DNA of 16,935 nt, taken from assembly GCA_022616235.1 (NCBI GenBank), contig JAKEFC010000025.1, positions 1-16,935 on the forward strand. The letters are read 5' to 3'. Below, one piece after another: positions 7,476 to 14,739 of this stretch. Made by a program: the position numbers and the translations under genes. The notes below the pieces were generated by a model. The model ran no database searches, was not told the origin of the DNA, and saw only the letters and a list, made by a program, of their open reading frames with translations. This stretch comes from Planctomycetota bacterium (lineage in GTDB: Bacteria; Planctomycetota; UBA8108; UBA1146; JAKEFC01). Numbering within the stretch: position 1 is the stretch's first letter; each line of letters begins with the position of its first letter.

Positions 7476-8714
7476 ATGAATTTCGCCGCGCCGGGACTTC
7501 GCGCGGATGCGAAGTGGCTATTGGCAATCGTTTCCGTTGGGTCGGCCGCCGGCCGCATCGAGCGCTTGCGCGCGCTCGACGTGCGCGCGCTCGACGCGAC
7601 TCGCCTGCACGCGCTCGCCATGCGCCACCGCGTCGAGTCGCAGGTCGCGCGCGCGCTGGAATCTCTCCCCTGCGACCCTTCCGAAATCGCTCCCGCGGGG
7701 CTCTTGCCGGCGATTCGCGCCGCGGCGCGCGCCGAGTGCATCCACTCTTTGCGATTGACGCGCGAGCTGCTCGAGGTCGTCGCCCTCCTCGAGCAGAACT
7801 CGATCCCCGTGCTCGCTTACAAGGGGCCCGTCCTCGCCGCCGCGCTCTATGGCGCCGCCGCCGCGCGCCACTCGTGGGACCTCGACGTCCTCGTGCGGCG
7901 CGCGGACCTCGAGCGCGCGCGCGGCCTACTCCACGAGCGCGGCTACGTGCCGGAGCCGCAGCCGCCATCGCAAGCGGAGCGGGACCTGCTCGCGCTGGAT
8001 TGCGAGTGCAACCTCGACCACCCGCGCCTCGGGGTCCACCTCGAATTGCACTGGGACCTCTTCGATGAAGAGAACCGCCGCGGCCTCGATGCGGAATTCT
8101 TGTGGAAGAATGCGACGCGCGTCGAGTTTGCCGGCAGCACGGTCCTCGCGCCTTCGCCCGCGGCGATGTTCATCGTCGCTTGCGCCCACGGCGGCGAGAA
8201 GCATCGCTGGGGGCGCCTGAAATGGGTGCTGGACATCGCGCGCTTTCCCGCGGCGTATCCCGCGCTCGATTGGCCCGCGGCGCTCGCGCTCGCGGAGAGC
8301 GTGGGGCGGCGCCAAGCCGTGCTCGAAGGCATCTATCTCGCCACGCACTTGCTCGGCGCCGAATTTCCTCCCGCGCTCGCGGCAGCCGCGGAGCGGGACG
8401 AGTGGGTGGCGGCGAACGCGGCGCACACGCGCGGGCGCCTCTTCCGGGATGACGCCGACTTTCCCGGCTTCGGCGAGTGGCGCGCCTACCTGCACGCCGC
8501 GCGCGCGGAAGCGGAAGCTGATGCAGGCAAGAACGCCGGGCTCCGCGAGAAGCTTCGCACGCTCGCGCTCTATCTGCGCACGGTGTTCACGCCCGATTGG
8601 GCGGACCGCCGCCGCCATCGCGTGCCGCGGCGCCTCGGTTTCCTGCGCTACTTGCTCCGCGCGAGAGAACTCGCGCACACCTACCGCGCGGACCTCACCG
8701 CGCGCCTCAAGTAG
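7476..8714 (+). CDS. nucleotidyltransferase-family protein (Pol-beta superfamily; lasso-cluster-associated 'N' protein)
   Basis: Pol-beta NTase signature G-x(n)-DhD is present (YKGPVLAAALYGAAAARHSWDLDVLV), followed by a helical C-terminal region. Proteins of this kind co-occur with HprK-like kinases in phosphorylated-lasso clusters. Start is ATG 7476 or GTG 7413. Confidence 0.7.
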   Translation: MNFAAPGLRADAKWLLAIVSVGSAAGRIERLRALDVRALDATRLHALAMRHRVESQVARALESLPCDPSEIAPAGLLPAIRAAARAECIHSLRLTRELLEVVALLEQNSIPVLAYKGPVLAAALYGAAAARHSWDLDVLVRRADLERARGLLHERGYVPEPQPPSQAERDLLALDCECNLDHPRLGVHLELHWDLFDEENRRGLDAEFLWKNATRVEFAGSTVLAPSPAAMFIVACAHGGEKHRWGRLKWVLDIARFPAAYPALDWPAALALAESVGRRQAVLEGIYLATHLLGAEFPPALAAAAERDEWVAANAAHTRGRLFRDDADFPGFGEWRAYLHAARAEAEADAGKNAGLREKLRTLALYLRTVFTPDWADRRRHRVPRRLGFLRYLLRARELAHTYRADLTARLK

Positions 8715-9342
8715 TCCGCTCACCACGCTCGCCACCATCCTCTCGGGCGGCGGCGGGTTTCTCCCAGACCGCGAGCGCCGTCGAGCCGTAGGTGCGCGCG
8801 GCGGCGCTGAGGCACGGCGCGGGGGGCGCGGGGGGCGCGAATTCCGCGGGATGCTCGAAAGCGAGGAGGCCGCCCGCGGCGAGCGCGGCGCCGGCGGCGA
8901 GGCGCGCCGCGAGAGCGCAAGGATCGCGCGCGGGATCCGCGTAGTCCGCGAAGGGCGGGTCGAGCAGGATCAAGTCGAAAACTGCGGCAACCGGCAGTTT
9001 CAGTTCGTACGCGTCCGCGGAGCGAACCTCCGCCACGGGCTCGAGCCCAAGCTCTGCGATGTTCCTGCGCAAGATTGCGAGCACGGCGGGATTCTTCTCG
9101 ACGACGAGCGCGCGCACCGCTCCGCGCGACATGGCTTCGCACGCGAGCGCGCCGGAACCCGCGAAGAGGTCGAGCACGCGCGCGCCGCGGACGCGATCCC
9201 CGAGCATCGCGAAAAGCGCCTCGCGGATCCGCTCGCGCATCGGCCGCACCGTAGTCCCCGGCGGCACCTCGAGCATGCGCCCGCGCAGATGCCCCGCGAC
9301 GATTCGGATCCGTTCCGGCCGCGGCCGCGCCCTCGCGTTCAC
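8707..9342 (-). CDS. rsmD: 16S rRNA (guanine966-N2)-methyltransferase RsmD
   Basis: RIVAGHLRGRMLEVPPGTTVRPMRERIREALFAMLGD...VLDLFAGSGALACEAMSRGA...LILLDPPF is the RsmD motif set: the SAM-binding Gly-rich loop and DPPF. The GTG start overlaps the upstream stop by 4 nt (GTGA). Confidence 0.85.
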   Translation of the reverse strand: MNARARPRPERIRIVAGHLRGRMLEVPPGTTVRPMRERIREALFAMLGDRVRGARVLDLFAGSGALACEAMSRGAVRALVVEKNPAVLAILRRNIAELGLEPVAEVRSADAYELKLPVAAVFDLILLDPPFADYADPARDPCALAARLAAGAALAAGGLLAFEHPAEFAPPAPPAPCLSAAARTYGSTALAVWEKPAAAREDGGERGERTT

Positions 9343-10580
9343 CGCGCGCGAATCTCGAGCGGAATCTCCGCGGTCGCCGTCTGCTTCCCGTGGAGGTCGC
9401 CGACTTCGACGGCGAGGCGGTATGCGCCCGGGTCCAACCCAACTGGAACCGTGAACTCGTAGCAGAGGTAATGCTCCGACTGCGCGCTGTCGCGCGCGAG
9501 GAGGTCGCCCCCCGGCCTGCTGAGCGCGAGGCGCCGAACCTCCGCGCCGCCATCGCGATACACGCGCGCGGTCGCCTCGACGCGGAACTCGTAGACATCG
9601 CGCTCGATGCGGGGCTGCAAGTTCGCAAGCTCGCCGTAGAGCTTGAACTTGTCGCCGGCCCGCACCGCGCCGCGCGGCGCCGGGTCGAAGTCGCGAAAGC
9701 CGCCGATCCGCTTGCAGACTTGCAGGGAGCGGAGCGCGAGCGAGCCCGTGCTCGCCGGAGCCGGAACCGCCGGCGGCGCGCCCCCGTCGAGCCGCGCGAG
9801 CGCGGCGTCGCGCAGCTCCGCGAGGTCGAGATCGTGATAGAAGCTCGCCACCATCAGGAGATGCGCCTTCGCGCCGGAGCCGCCGGCGCCTTCCAGCGAG
9901 CGTAGGAGGGGCTGGAGATAGACCGATTGCGCGGCGCGCGGCAGCAGAAAGTGAAGCGCGATGAGCTGCATCTGAATCCGCTGCTTCTGGAAGCGTTCCG
10001 CCTGGGCGAGATCGGCGTCCGCCTTGCCTTCGAAGGCGGCAAGCTCGCGGAGCAATTCCTCCATGCGGCGCTCCAGTTCGCCTCCCGCGCGCGCGCGCGC
10101 GCCGGATTCGTTCGCGGGCGCCGCGGGCACGACCGCCGCCGCGCTTCCCGTTGTCGTCGCTCCGGATCTCGCGGCGGCGGCGCGCTCCGCGCCGGGATCG
10201 CGGCCGGCGCCCCATTTCACCTCGACCGCCGCGCTCGCGGCCGCGGCCGCCTCCAACTCCTCGGCACGCTCCAGCCGCGCCTCGGCGACGGCGGGGGAGG
10301 GAACCCCGATCTCCTCGAAGAGGGGCTCCCTCGCGAGCGCCGGCAGTGCGGCACCGGGTGCGGCGGCATCGTGCGGTGCCGCGGTCGTTGCTGCTGCGGC
10401 AGCCGGCGGCTCGGTGTCTTCGAGCGGCGCGCTGCGGCAGCCGGTTGCGGCGGCGGCGAAGAGCGCAGCGGCGGCCAGAAGGGCCTGAGCAAGCGCGATG
10501 TGCGATGGAGTATTCCCGGAGCGGGGAGCGACGCCGCGGAGGAGAGCGGAGTGAAAGCGCGACATGAGTCTCGTTCGCAT
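9339..10580 (-). CDS. Ala-rich lipoprotein of unknown function
   Basis: N-terminus MRTRLMSRFHSALLRGVAPRSGNTPSHIALAQALLAAAALFAAAATGC has a positively charged n-region, a hydrophobic core and an AATGC lipobox. The central part is Ala/Glu-rich. Start is ATG 10580 or 10565. Confidence 0.55.
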   Translation of the reverse strand: MRTRLMSRFHSALLRGVAPRSGNTPSHIALAQALLAAAALFAAAATGCRSAPLEDTEPPAAAAATTAAPHDAAAPGAALPALAREPLFEEIGVPSPAVAEARLERAEELEAAAAASAAVEVKWGAGRDPGAERAAAARSGATTTGSAAAVVPAAPANESGARARAGGELERRMEELLRELAAFEGKADADLAQAERFQKQRIQMQLIALHFLLPRAAQSVYLQPLLRSLEGAGGSGAKAHLLMVASFYHDLDLAELRDAALARLDGGAPPAVPAPASTGSLALRSLQVCKRIGGFRDFDPAPRGAVRAGDKFKLYGELANLQPRIERDVYEFRVEATARVYRDGGAEVRRLALSRPGGDLLARDSAQSEHYLCYEFTVPVGLDPGAYRLAVEVGDLHGKQTATAEIPLEIRAR

Positions 10581-10687
10581 GCGAGCGCCGCGGCGCGGGC
10601 GCAGCGCGAAGTTTCCGCCGGCCGGGGCCAGAGGACAAGGGGATTTTGGAGCGAGTCGTGCAAACAGGCGGGGACGCCGGAGGGGCG

Positions 10688-12460
10688 CTACTCCTCTTTC
10701 AGCTCGGATTCGAGGGCGCGGTAGGTCGCGAGCAGCGTGCGGTAGTCCTCGCTCGCGTAGATGTCGCGGCGCGACACGGACGCGAAGAGGTCGCGCGCGG
10801 CATCGAAGTGCTCGCGCGGATGGTTCGCCTCGGAGCGGTGCAGGTTCAGGTGCCCCTGTACCGTGCTCATCTTGAATCCCAGGTCGCCGGGAGTGCGCCG
10901 CGCCGCTTCGAGGTAGTCCGCGAGCGCGAGGGCGTGGTCGCCGAGCATCGTGTACAGCACGCCGCGATCGTGCCAAGCCGCGGCGTTCCGCTCGTCGTAT
11001 TGGATGGCGACGTCCAGCTTTTCGATGGCGAGCGCGAGCGACTCGGAGTCGCCGCGGCCGGCGAGCGCGAGGGCGCGGGCGTGCAGCTCCGCGGAAGTCG
11101 ACTTCGCCTCGGCGGCGGGATTCAAGAGGACGAAGCGCGTGCGCGACGTGATCGCCGTCGCGTTGGCGGCGAGGTCGCGCGCCGTGAGGCGGAAGAGAAG
11201 CCTCTCCACTTCAATGAGCGGCGGGCGCCAGGTGAAGACTCCACGCCCGTCCCGGGAAGGGAGGCCATCCTGCAAGAGGAGCCACGTCGCGCCATCATCG
11301 ATCGACACTTCGAGGCGGCAGCCGCCGGGAGCGAGGTGCTCCTCCGTGATGATCCACGAGATCGGAATCGGCTCCCCCGCGCGATGGAACAACTCCGGCG
11401 CGCCGTTCCCCACGACCAGTTCGCCATCCGGGGAGTGCGTATCGACGAGCACGCGGGCGTCGAACGGCGTATCGGGGCCGGGCTCGGGGCGATCGCCCTT
11501 GCCGTTACGGTCCACGGCGCGAAGGTAGAAGCAATACACGCCGTCGCGCTCGGCTTCGAAGATGAAGGGCGAGCGCTGGTCGGGGTCCTCGGTGACCTCC
11601 CATTCCCCCAGCTCCTTTTGAAACCAGATCTCGACCACGCCAATCTCGATCGGAGAGTAGCTCTGGACGCGATAGAAGAGCGGGAACTTGCGGAAGGACG
11701 AGCAAGGCTCCGCCGCCATCCCGCGCGAGCCGCGGAAGTCCGCGAAGGGAGTAACGGCGATCGGCGCATCGAGGACCCACTCCGCCGCGTTGCCGGCGAG
11801 GTCGCGCGCCTCGAAGCGCACTTCGATCGCGCCTTCCACGAACGGCGAGAACCATTGGACGCGCCCGTGCGGCGCAGTGCATTCCGCGAGATCGATCTTG
11901 CTCCACGGCTCTTCCGCCGAGCGCCGATACTCGATCGCGACGGGGCGGTCGCCGAGATGCTCGTCGTCGGCTTCCCAGTGTAGGACGATCGCCGTGCCGG
12001 CGTAGATCTGCGCGCCGGGGAGCGGCGCGTGCACCGCGATCGCTGGGGCGCGCGTGTCGATCACGCAAGAGTAGTCCGGCGCATCGCCGGGTTGCGGAGG
12101 CGTCTGCCGCATGCCGGCGCCGTCTACGGCGACCGCGCGAAAGCCGAAGCGGCCATCGTGCGGGGCCTCGAACGAAATTGCGGCCGTCGCGTCGAAGACT
12201 TGCTCGATCGCCTGCCACGTCTGGCCGCCGTCGGTGGAGTACCAGAGCTGCACGCCGCGGACCGGAGCTGCGCCTGCCGCGACAGGGGCGAGATCCAGCT
12301 CGATCGAGCGCGTGTTGAAGTGGCGCGTCTCGCTCGCGGCGCCGACCTCCGGCGCGGCGGCGGACTCGGCGGCGACAAGCGCCGAGGTAGTGACAATGGC
12401 GGCGATGGCGATGGCGGCGAGGAGGCCGGATGCGCTCGCGGCGCGTGAACGATACGACAT
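10688..12460 (-). CDS. secreted BNR/Asp-box repeat protein with C-terminal TPR repeats
   Basis: Signal peptide (MSYRSRAASASGLLAAIAIAAIVTTSALVAAES). BNR motifs SxDxGxTW occur at least twice (YSTDGGQTW, SIDDGATW). The C-terminus is TPR-like (AAWHDRGVLYTMLGDHALALADYLEAARRTP...). The upstream in-frame extension is discarded. Confidence 0.65.
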   Translation of the reverse strand: MSYRSRAASASGLLAAIAIAAIVTTSALVAAESAAAPEVGAASETRHFNTRSIELDLAPVAAGAAPVRGVQLWYSTDGGQTWQAIEQVFDATAAISFEAPHDGRFGFRAVAVDGAGMRQTPPQPGDAPDYSCVIDTRAPAIAVHAPLPGAQIYAGTAIVLHWEADDEHLGDRPVAIEYRRSAEEPWSKIDLAECTAPHGRVQWFSPFVEGAIEVRFEARDLAGNAAEWVLDAPIAVTPFADFRGSRGMAAEPCSSFRKFPLFYRVQSYSPIEIGVVEIWFQKELGEWEVTEDPDQRSPFIFEAERDGVYCFYLRAVDRNGKGDRPEPGPDTPFDARVLVDTHSPDGELVVGNGAPELFHRAGEPIPISWIITEEHLAPGGCRLEVSIDDGATWLLLQDGLPSRDGRGVFTWRPPLIEVERLLFRLTARDLAANATAITSRTRFVLLNPAAEAKSTSAELHARALALAGRGDSESLALAIEKLDVAIQYDERNAAAWHDRGVLYTMLGDHALALADYLEAARRTPGDLGFKMSTVQGHLNLHRSEANHPREHFDAARDLFASVSRRDIYASEDYRTLLATYRALESELKEE

Positions 12461-12528
12461 ATTCGAAGGATCGGGCGTTTCGATCCGCGCCTTTACGGCG
12501 GGTCCGATAATTTCGGAGCGAGACTCGT

Positions 12529-12702
12529 CTAGAAGATCTCGAGCTGCTTCGGGCGCTGCTCCGTCTGTCCCCAATGAAACCAGCGGCGAAAGCCCTCCCA
12601 ACACTCCTTGCAGAGGTAGTGGACGTGGAGATCGAACTTCACGAACTGGTGCGTCGGTATCTTCTCTTCGAGATAGCAGCGCTGGCAGGTTTCCCGCTCC
12701 AT
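12529..12702 (-). CDS. small zinc-ribbon protein (57 aa), first gene of the minus-strand operon
   Basis: AAGGAG RBS 6 nt upstream of ATG 12702. Two CxxC pairs (TCQRC...CKEC) separated by ~17 aa. Lower, coding-like GC. Confidence 0.45.
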   Translation of the reverse strand: MERETCQRCYLEEKIPTHQFVKFDLHVHYLCKECWEGFRRWFHWGQTEQRPKQLEIF

Positions 12703-12901
12703 CGCACGCTCCTTCTTGCCGGCCGGCGGTCCCCAGCAAGATCGGCAGGAGGCGGCACGGGTCTTGAACGGCCGCGCTTGGAGTCCATAAGGCGGTCTCG
12801 CGCGGCCGCGGCGGGCGGTGATGCGGGAGCCGGCCCATCCGGGCCCTTTCCCCCGCTTTTCCCCATGACGTTGCGCGCGCCGCGGAACCCAGAGCGGTCG
12901 C

Positions 12902-12930
12902 TTGACCCGATATAAGATTATGACTATAAT
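12902..12930 (+). promoter_or_regulatory. sigma70-type promoter TTGACC-17nt-TATAAT driving a leaderless tetR transcript; the inverted repeat ATTAT-GACT-ATAAT overlaps the -10
   Basis: Consensus-like -35 (12902-12907) and a perfect -10 (12925-12930) with a 17-nt spacer. The ATG of the TetR gene is 7 nt downstream of the -10 at the expected TSS. The region is locally AT-rich in a 70% GC background. Confidence 0.5.
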
Positions 12931-12936
12931 CCCAAC

Positions 12937-13524
12937 ATGCGCTATCCGGCGGAGCACAAAGATCGCATGCGCAAGAAGATCGTTCGCGCGGCAGCGCGCC
13001 GCTTTCGCGGCGCGGGCAGCGAGGGCGTTCCGATCGCGGATCTCATGCGGGATCTCGACCTCACCCACGGCGGCTTCTATCGCCACTTCCAAGGAAAGGA
13101 AGAGCTGTTCGACGAAGCGCTCGCCGAGAGCATGGCACAGGTCGAAGCGCTGATGACGGCGACGGCGAATGCCGCACCGCGCGGCAAGGAGCTGGAAGCG
13201 ATCATCGACTTGTACTTGAGCCCGGCGCACTGCGCGAACGTTGCGGAAGGGTGCCCGCTCGCGGCGCTAGTGACGGAGGTGGCGCGCCATCCGAAGAGCA
13301 CCCGCGTTACGTTGAGCAATGCCGTCAAGCGCCATGCCGCCGCGGTGGCGCGGTTCATGCCGGGAGAGACGGAAGCCGAGCGCCAGGGCACGGCGATGGT
13401 GCTCTTCTCCGGCATGGCGGGGGCGCTGAACCTCGCGCGCGCGGTGTCGGATGATGCGCTTCGAAGGAAGATCCTCGCGCGCGCGCGCGACTTTTACGCC
13501 GGCGCGGTTCGCGGGAAGCCATGA
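12937..13524 (+). CDS. TetR/AcrR-family transcriptional regulator
   Basis: N-terminal HTH (RKKIVRAAARRFRGAGSEGVPIADLMRDLDLTHGGFYRHFQGKEELF) is the TetR signature. ~195 aa. Sits upstream of an efflux operon. Confidence 0.85.
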   Translation: MRYPAEHKDRMRKKIVRAAARRFRGAGSEGVPIADLMRDLDLTHGGFYRHFQGKEELFDEALAESMAQVEALMTATANAAPRGKELEAIIDLYLSPAHCANVAEGCPLAALVTEVARHPKSTRVTLSNAVKRHAAAVARFMPGETEAERQGTAMVLFSGMAGALNLARAVSDDALRRKILARARDFYAGAVRGKP

Positions 13525-13602
13525 GGCGTTTTTTTTGGCGCAGATGGGATTTCGATCATCATCTCATCGGGAGCGCCGGCGCCGCCGAGAGGACGCGGAC
13601 CG

Positions 13603-14739
13603 ATGAACTTCGTCGCCCTGCGAATGCTCACGGGCGATCGCGCCAAGTACTTCGGCCTGGTGTTCGCGATCGCGTTCTGCACGTTCCTGCTCGAGAACCA
13701 GACCACGATCTTCGCGAGCATCCTGAAGCGTACCGCCAGCCAGATCCTCGATGTCACGGACGCCGAGGTCTGGGTCATGGATCAGAAGACCGAATACTGG
13801 GAGCAGACGAAGGCCCTGAAGGACACCGACCTCACCCGCGTCCGCGGAGTGCCGGGGGTGCTCTGGGCCGTGCGGCTCTTCAAGGGCAACCCCGTCGCGC
13901 GCACGCGCTCCGGCAAGTTCGCGGTGTCGTTCCTGATCGGCCTCGACGACGCCACGCTCGCCGGCGCGCCCCGGAAAATGCTGCTCGGGTCGTGGGAGCG
14001 CCTGCGCGAACCCGACTCGGTGATCATCGACGAGGCGGGCTACGTCCTCCTCTATCCCGGCGAGCCGCTCGAGCTGGGGCGTACCCTGGAGATGAACGAC
14101 CACCTGGTCACCATCGTCGGGATCTCCGATGCCTCTGCGCCTTTCGTGAGCCTGCCCGTGATGCACGCGCGCTACAGCAAGGCGATCGACTTTCTCGGCC
14201 GCGAGCGCACGCAGCTTTCCTTCGTCATCGCGCGCCCGGAGCCGGGGGTGACACCCGCGGCGCTCACCGAGCGGATCCAAGCGACGACTGGACTAAAAGC
14301 GCGCACGACCGGCGAGTTCATGTGGGACTGCGTGCGCTACTACCTCCGCAACACCGGCATTCCCGTGAATTTCGGGATCACGATCGCCGTGGCCCTGATC
14401 GTCGGCGCCGTCGTCGGCGGGCAGACCTTCTATCTCTTCACGATCGAGAACCTGAAGCAATTCGGAGCGCTGAAGGCGATCGGCGTCACGAATCCCCGCC
14501 TCATCGGCATGATCCTCTTGCAGGCGTTCAGCGCGGGGATCCTGGGCTTCGCGCTCGGAACCGGGATGGCGGCGACCTTCTTCGAGATCACGAGTCACAT
14601 GCTCGCCACGCGTGGCATCGCGCTCCTCTGGCAGTGCGTCGCGTTGACCGGCGCGGCGATCCTCGGCGTCGTGATCGTCGCCAGCATCCTCAGCATCCGG
14701 CGCGTCCTCGTGCTCGAGCCGGCGGCGGTGTTCCGATGA
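13603..14739 (+). CDS. ABC transporter permease, FtsX/MacB/DevC family
   Basis: N-terminal TM helix, a large periplasmic domain, then three C-terminal TM helices with the FtsX-like pattern (GALKAIGVTNPRLIGMILLQAF...). Its stop overlaps the ATPase start (ATGA). Confidence 0.85.
   Translation: MNFVALRMLTGDRAKYFGLVFAIAFCTFLLENQTTIFASILKRTASQILDVTDAEVWVMDQKTEYWEQTKALKDTDLTRVRGVPGVLWAVRLFKGNPVARTRSGKFAVSFLIGLDDATLAGAPRKMLLGSWERLREPDSVIIDEAGYVLLYPGEPLELGRTLEMNDHLVTIVGISDASAPFVSLPVMHARYSKAIDFLGRERTQLSFVIARPEPGVTPAALTERIQATTGLKARTTGEFMWDCVRYYLRNTGIPVNFGITIAVALIVGAVVGGQTFYLFTIENLKQFGALKAIGVTNPRLIGMILLQAFSAGILGFALGTGMAATFFEITSHMLATRGIALLWQCVALTGAAILGVVIVASILSIRRVLVLEPAAVFR

Noticed and set aside
7378-9462. 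Several Arg-rich ORFs (7378..7968 -, 7514..8068 +, 7926..8738 -, 8449..9462 +) over the nucleotidyltransferase and rsmD genes
   Set aside because: They are low-complexity shadow frames. The chosen frames carry Pol-beta NTase and RsmD motifs.
10086-10103. (CG)8 alternating tract, a potential Z-DNA or simple repeat
   Set aside because: It lies inside the lipoprotein coding frame, where it encodes Ala/Arg. That is an expected by-product of Ala/Arg codon usage in a 70% GC genome.
10646-11983. 445-aa plus-strand ORF antisense to the BNR/TPR gene, and other antisense ORFs (9927..10724 +, 15284..16228 -, 15544..16524 +)
   Set aside because: They are antisense to genes with signal peptide, BNR, TPR and ABC motifs. 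Their composition is typical of GC-rich non-coding frames.
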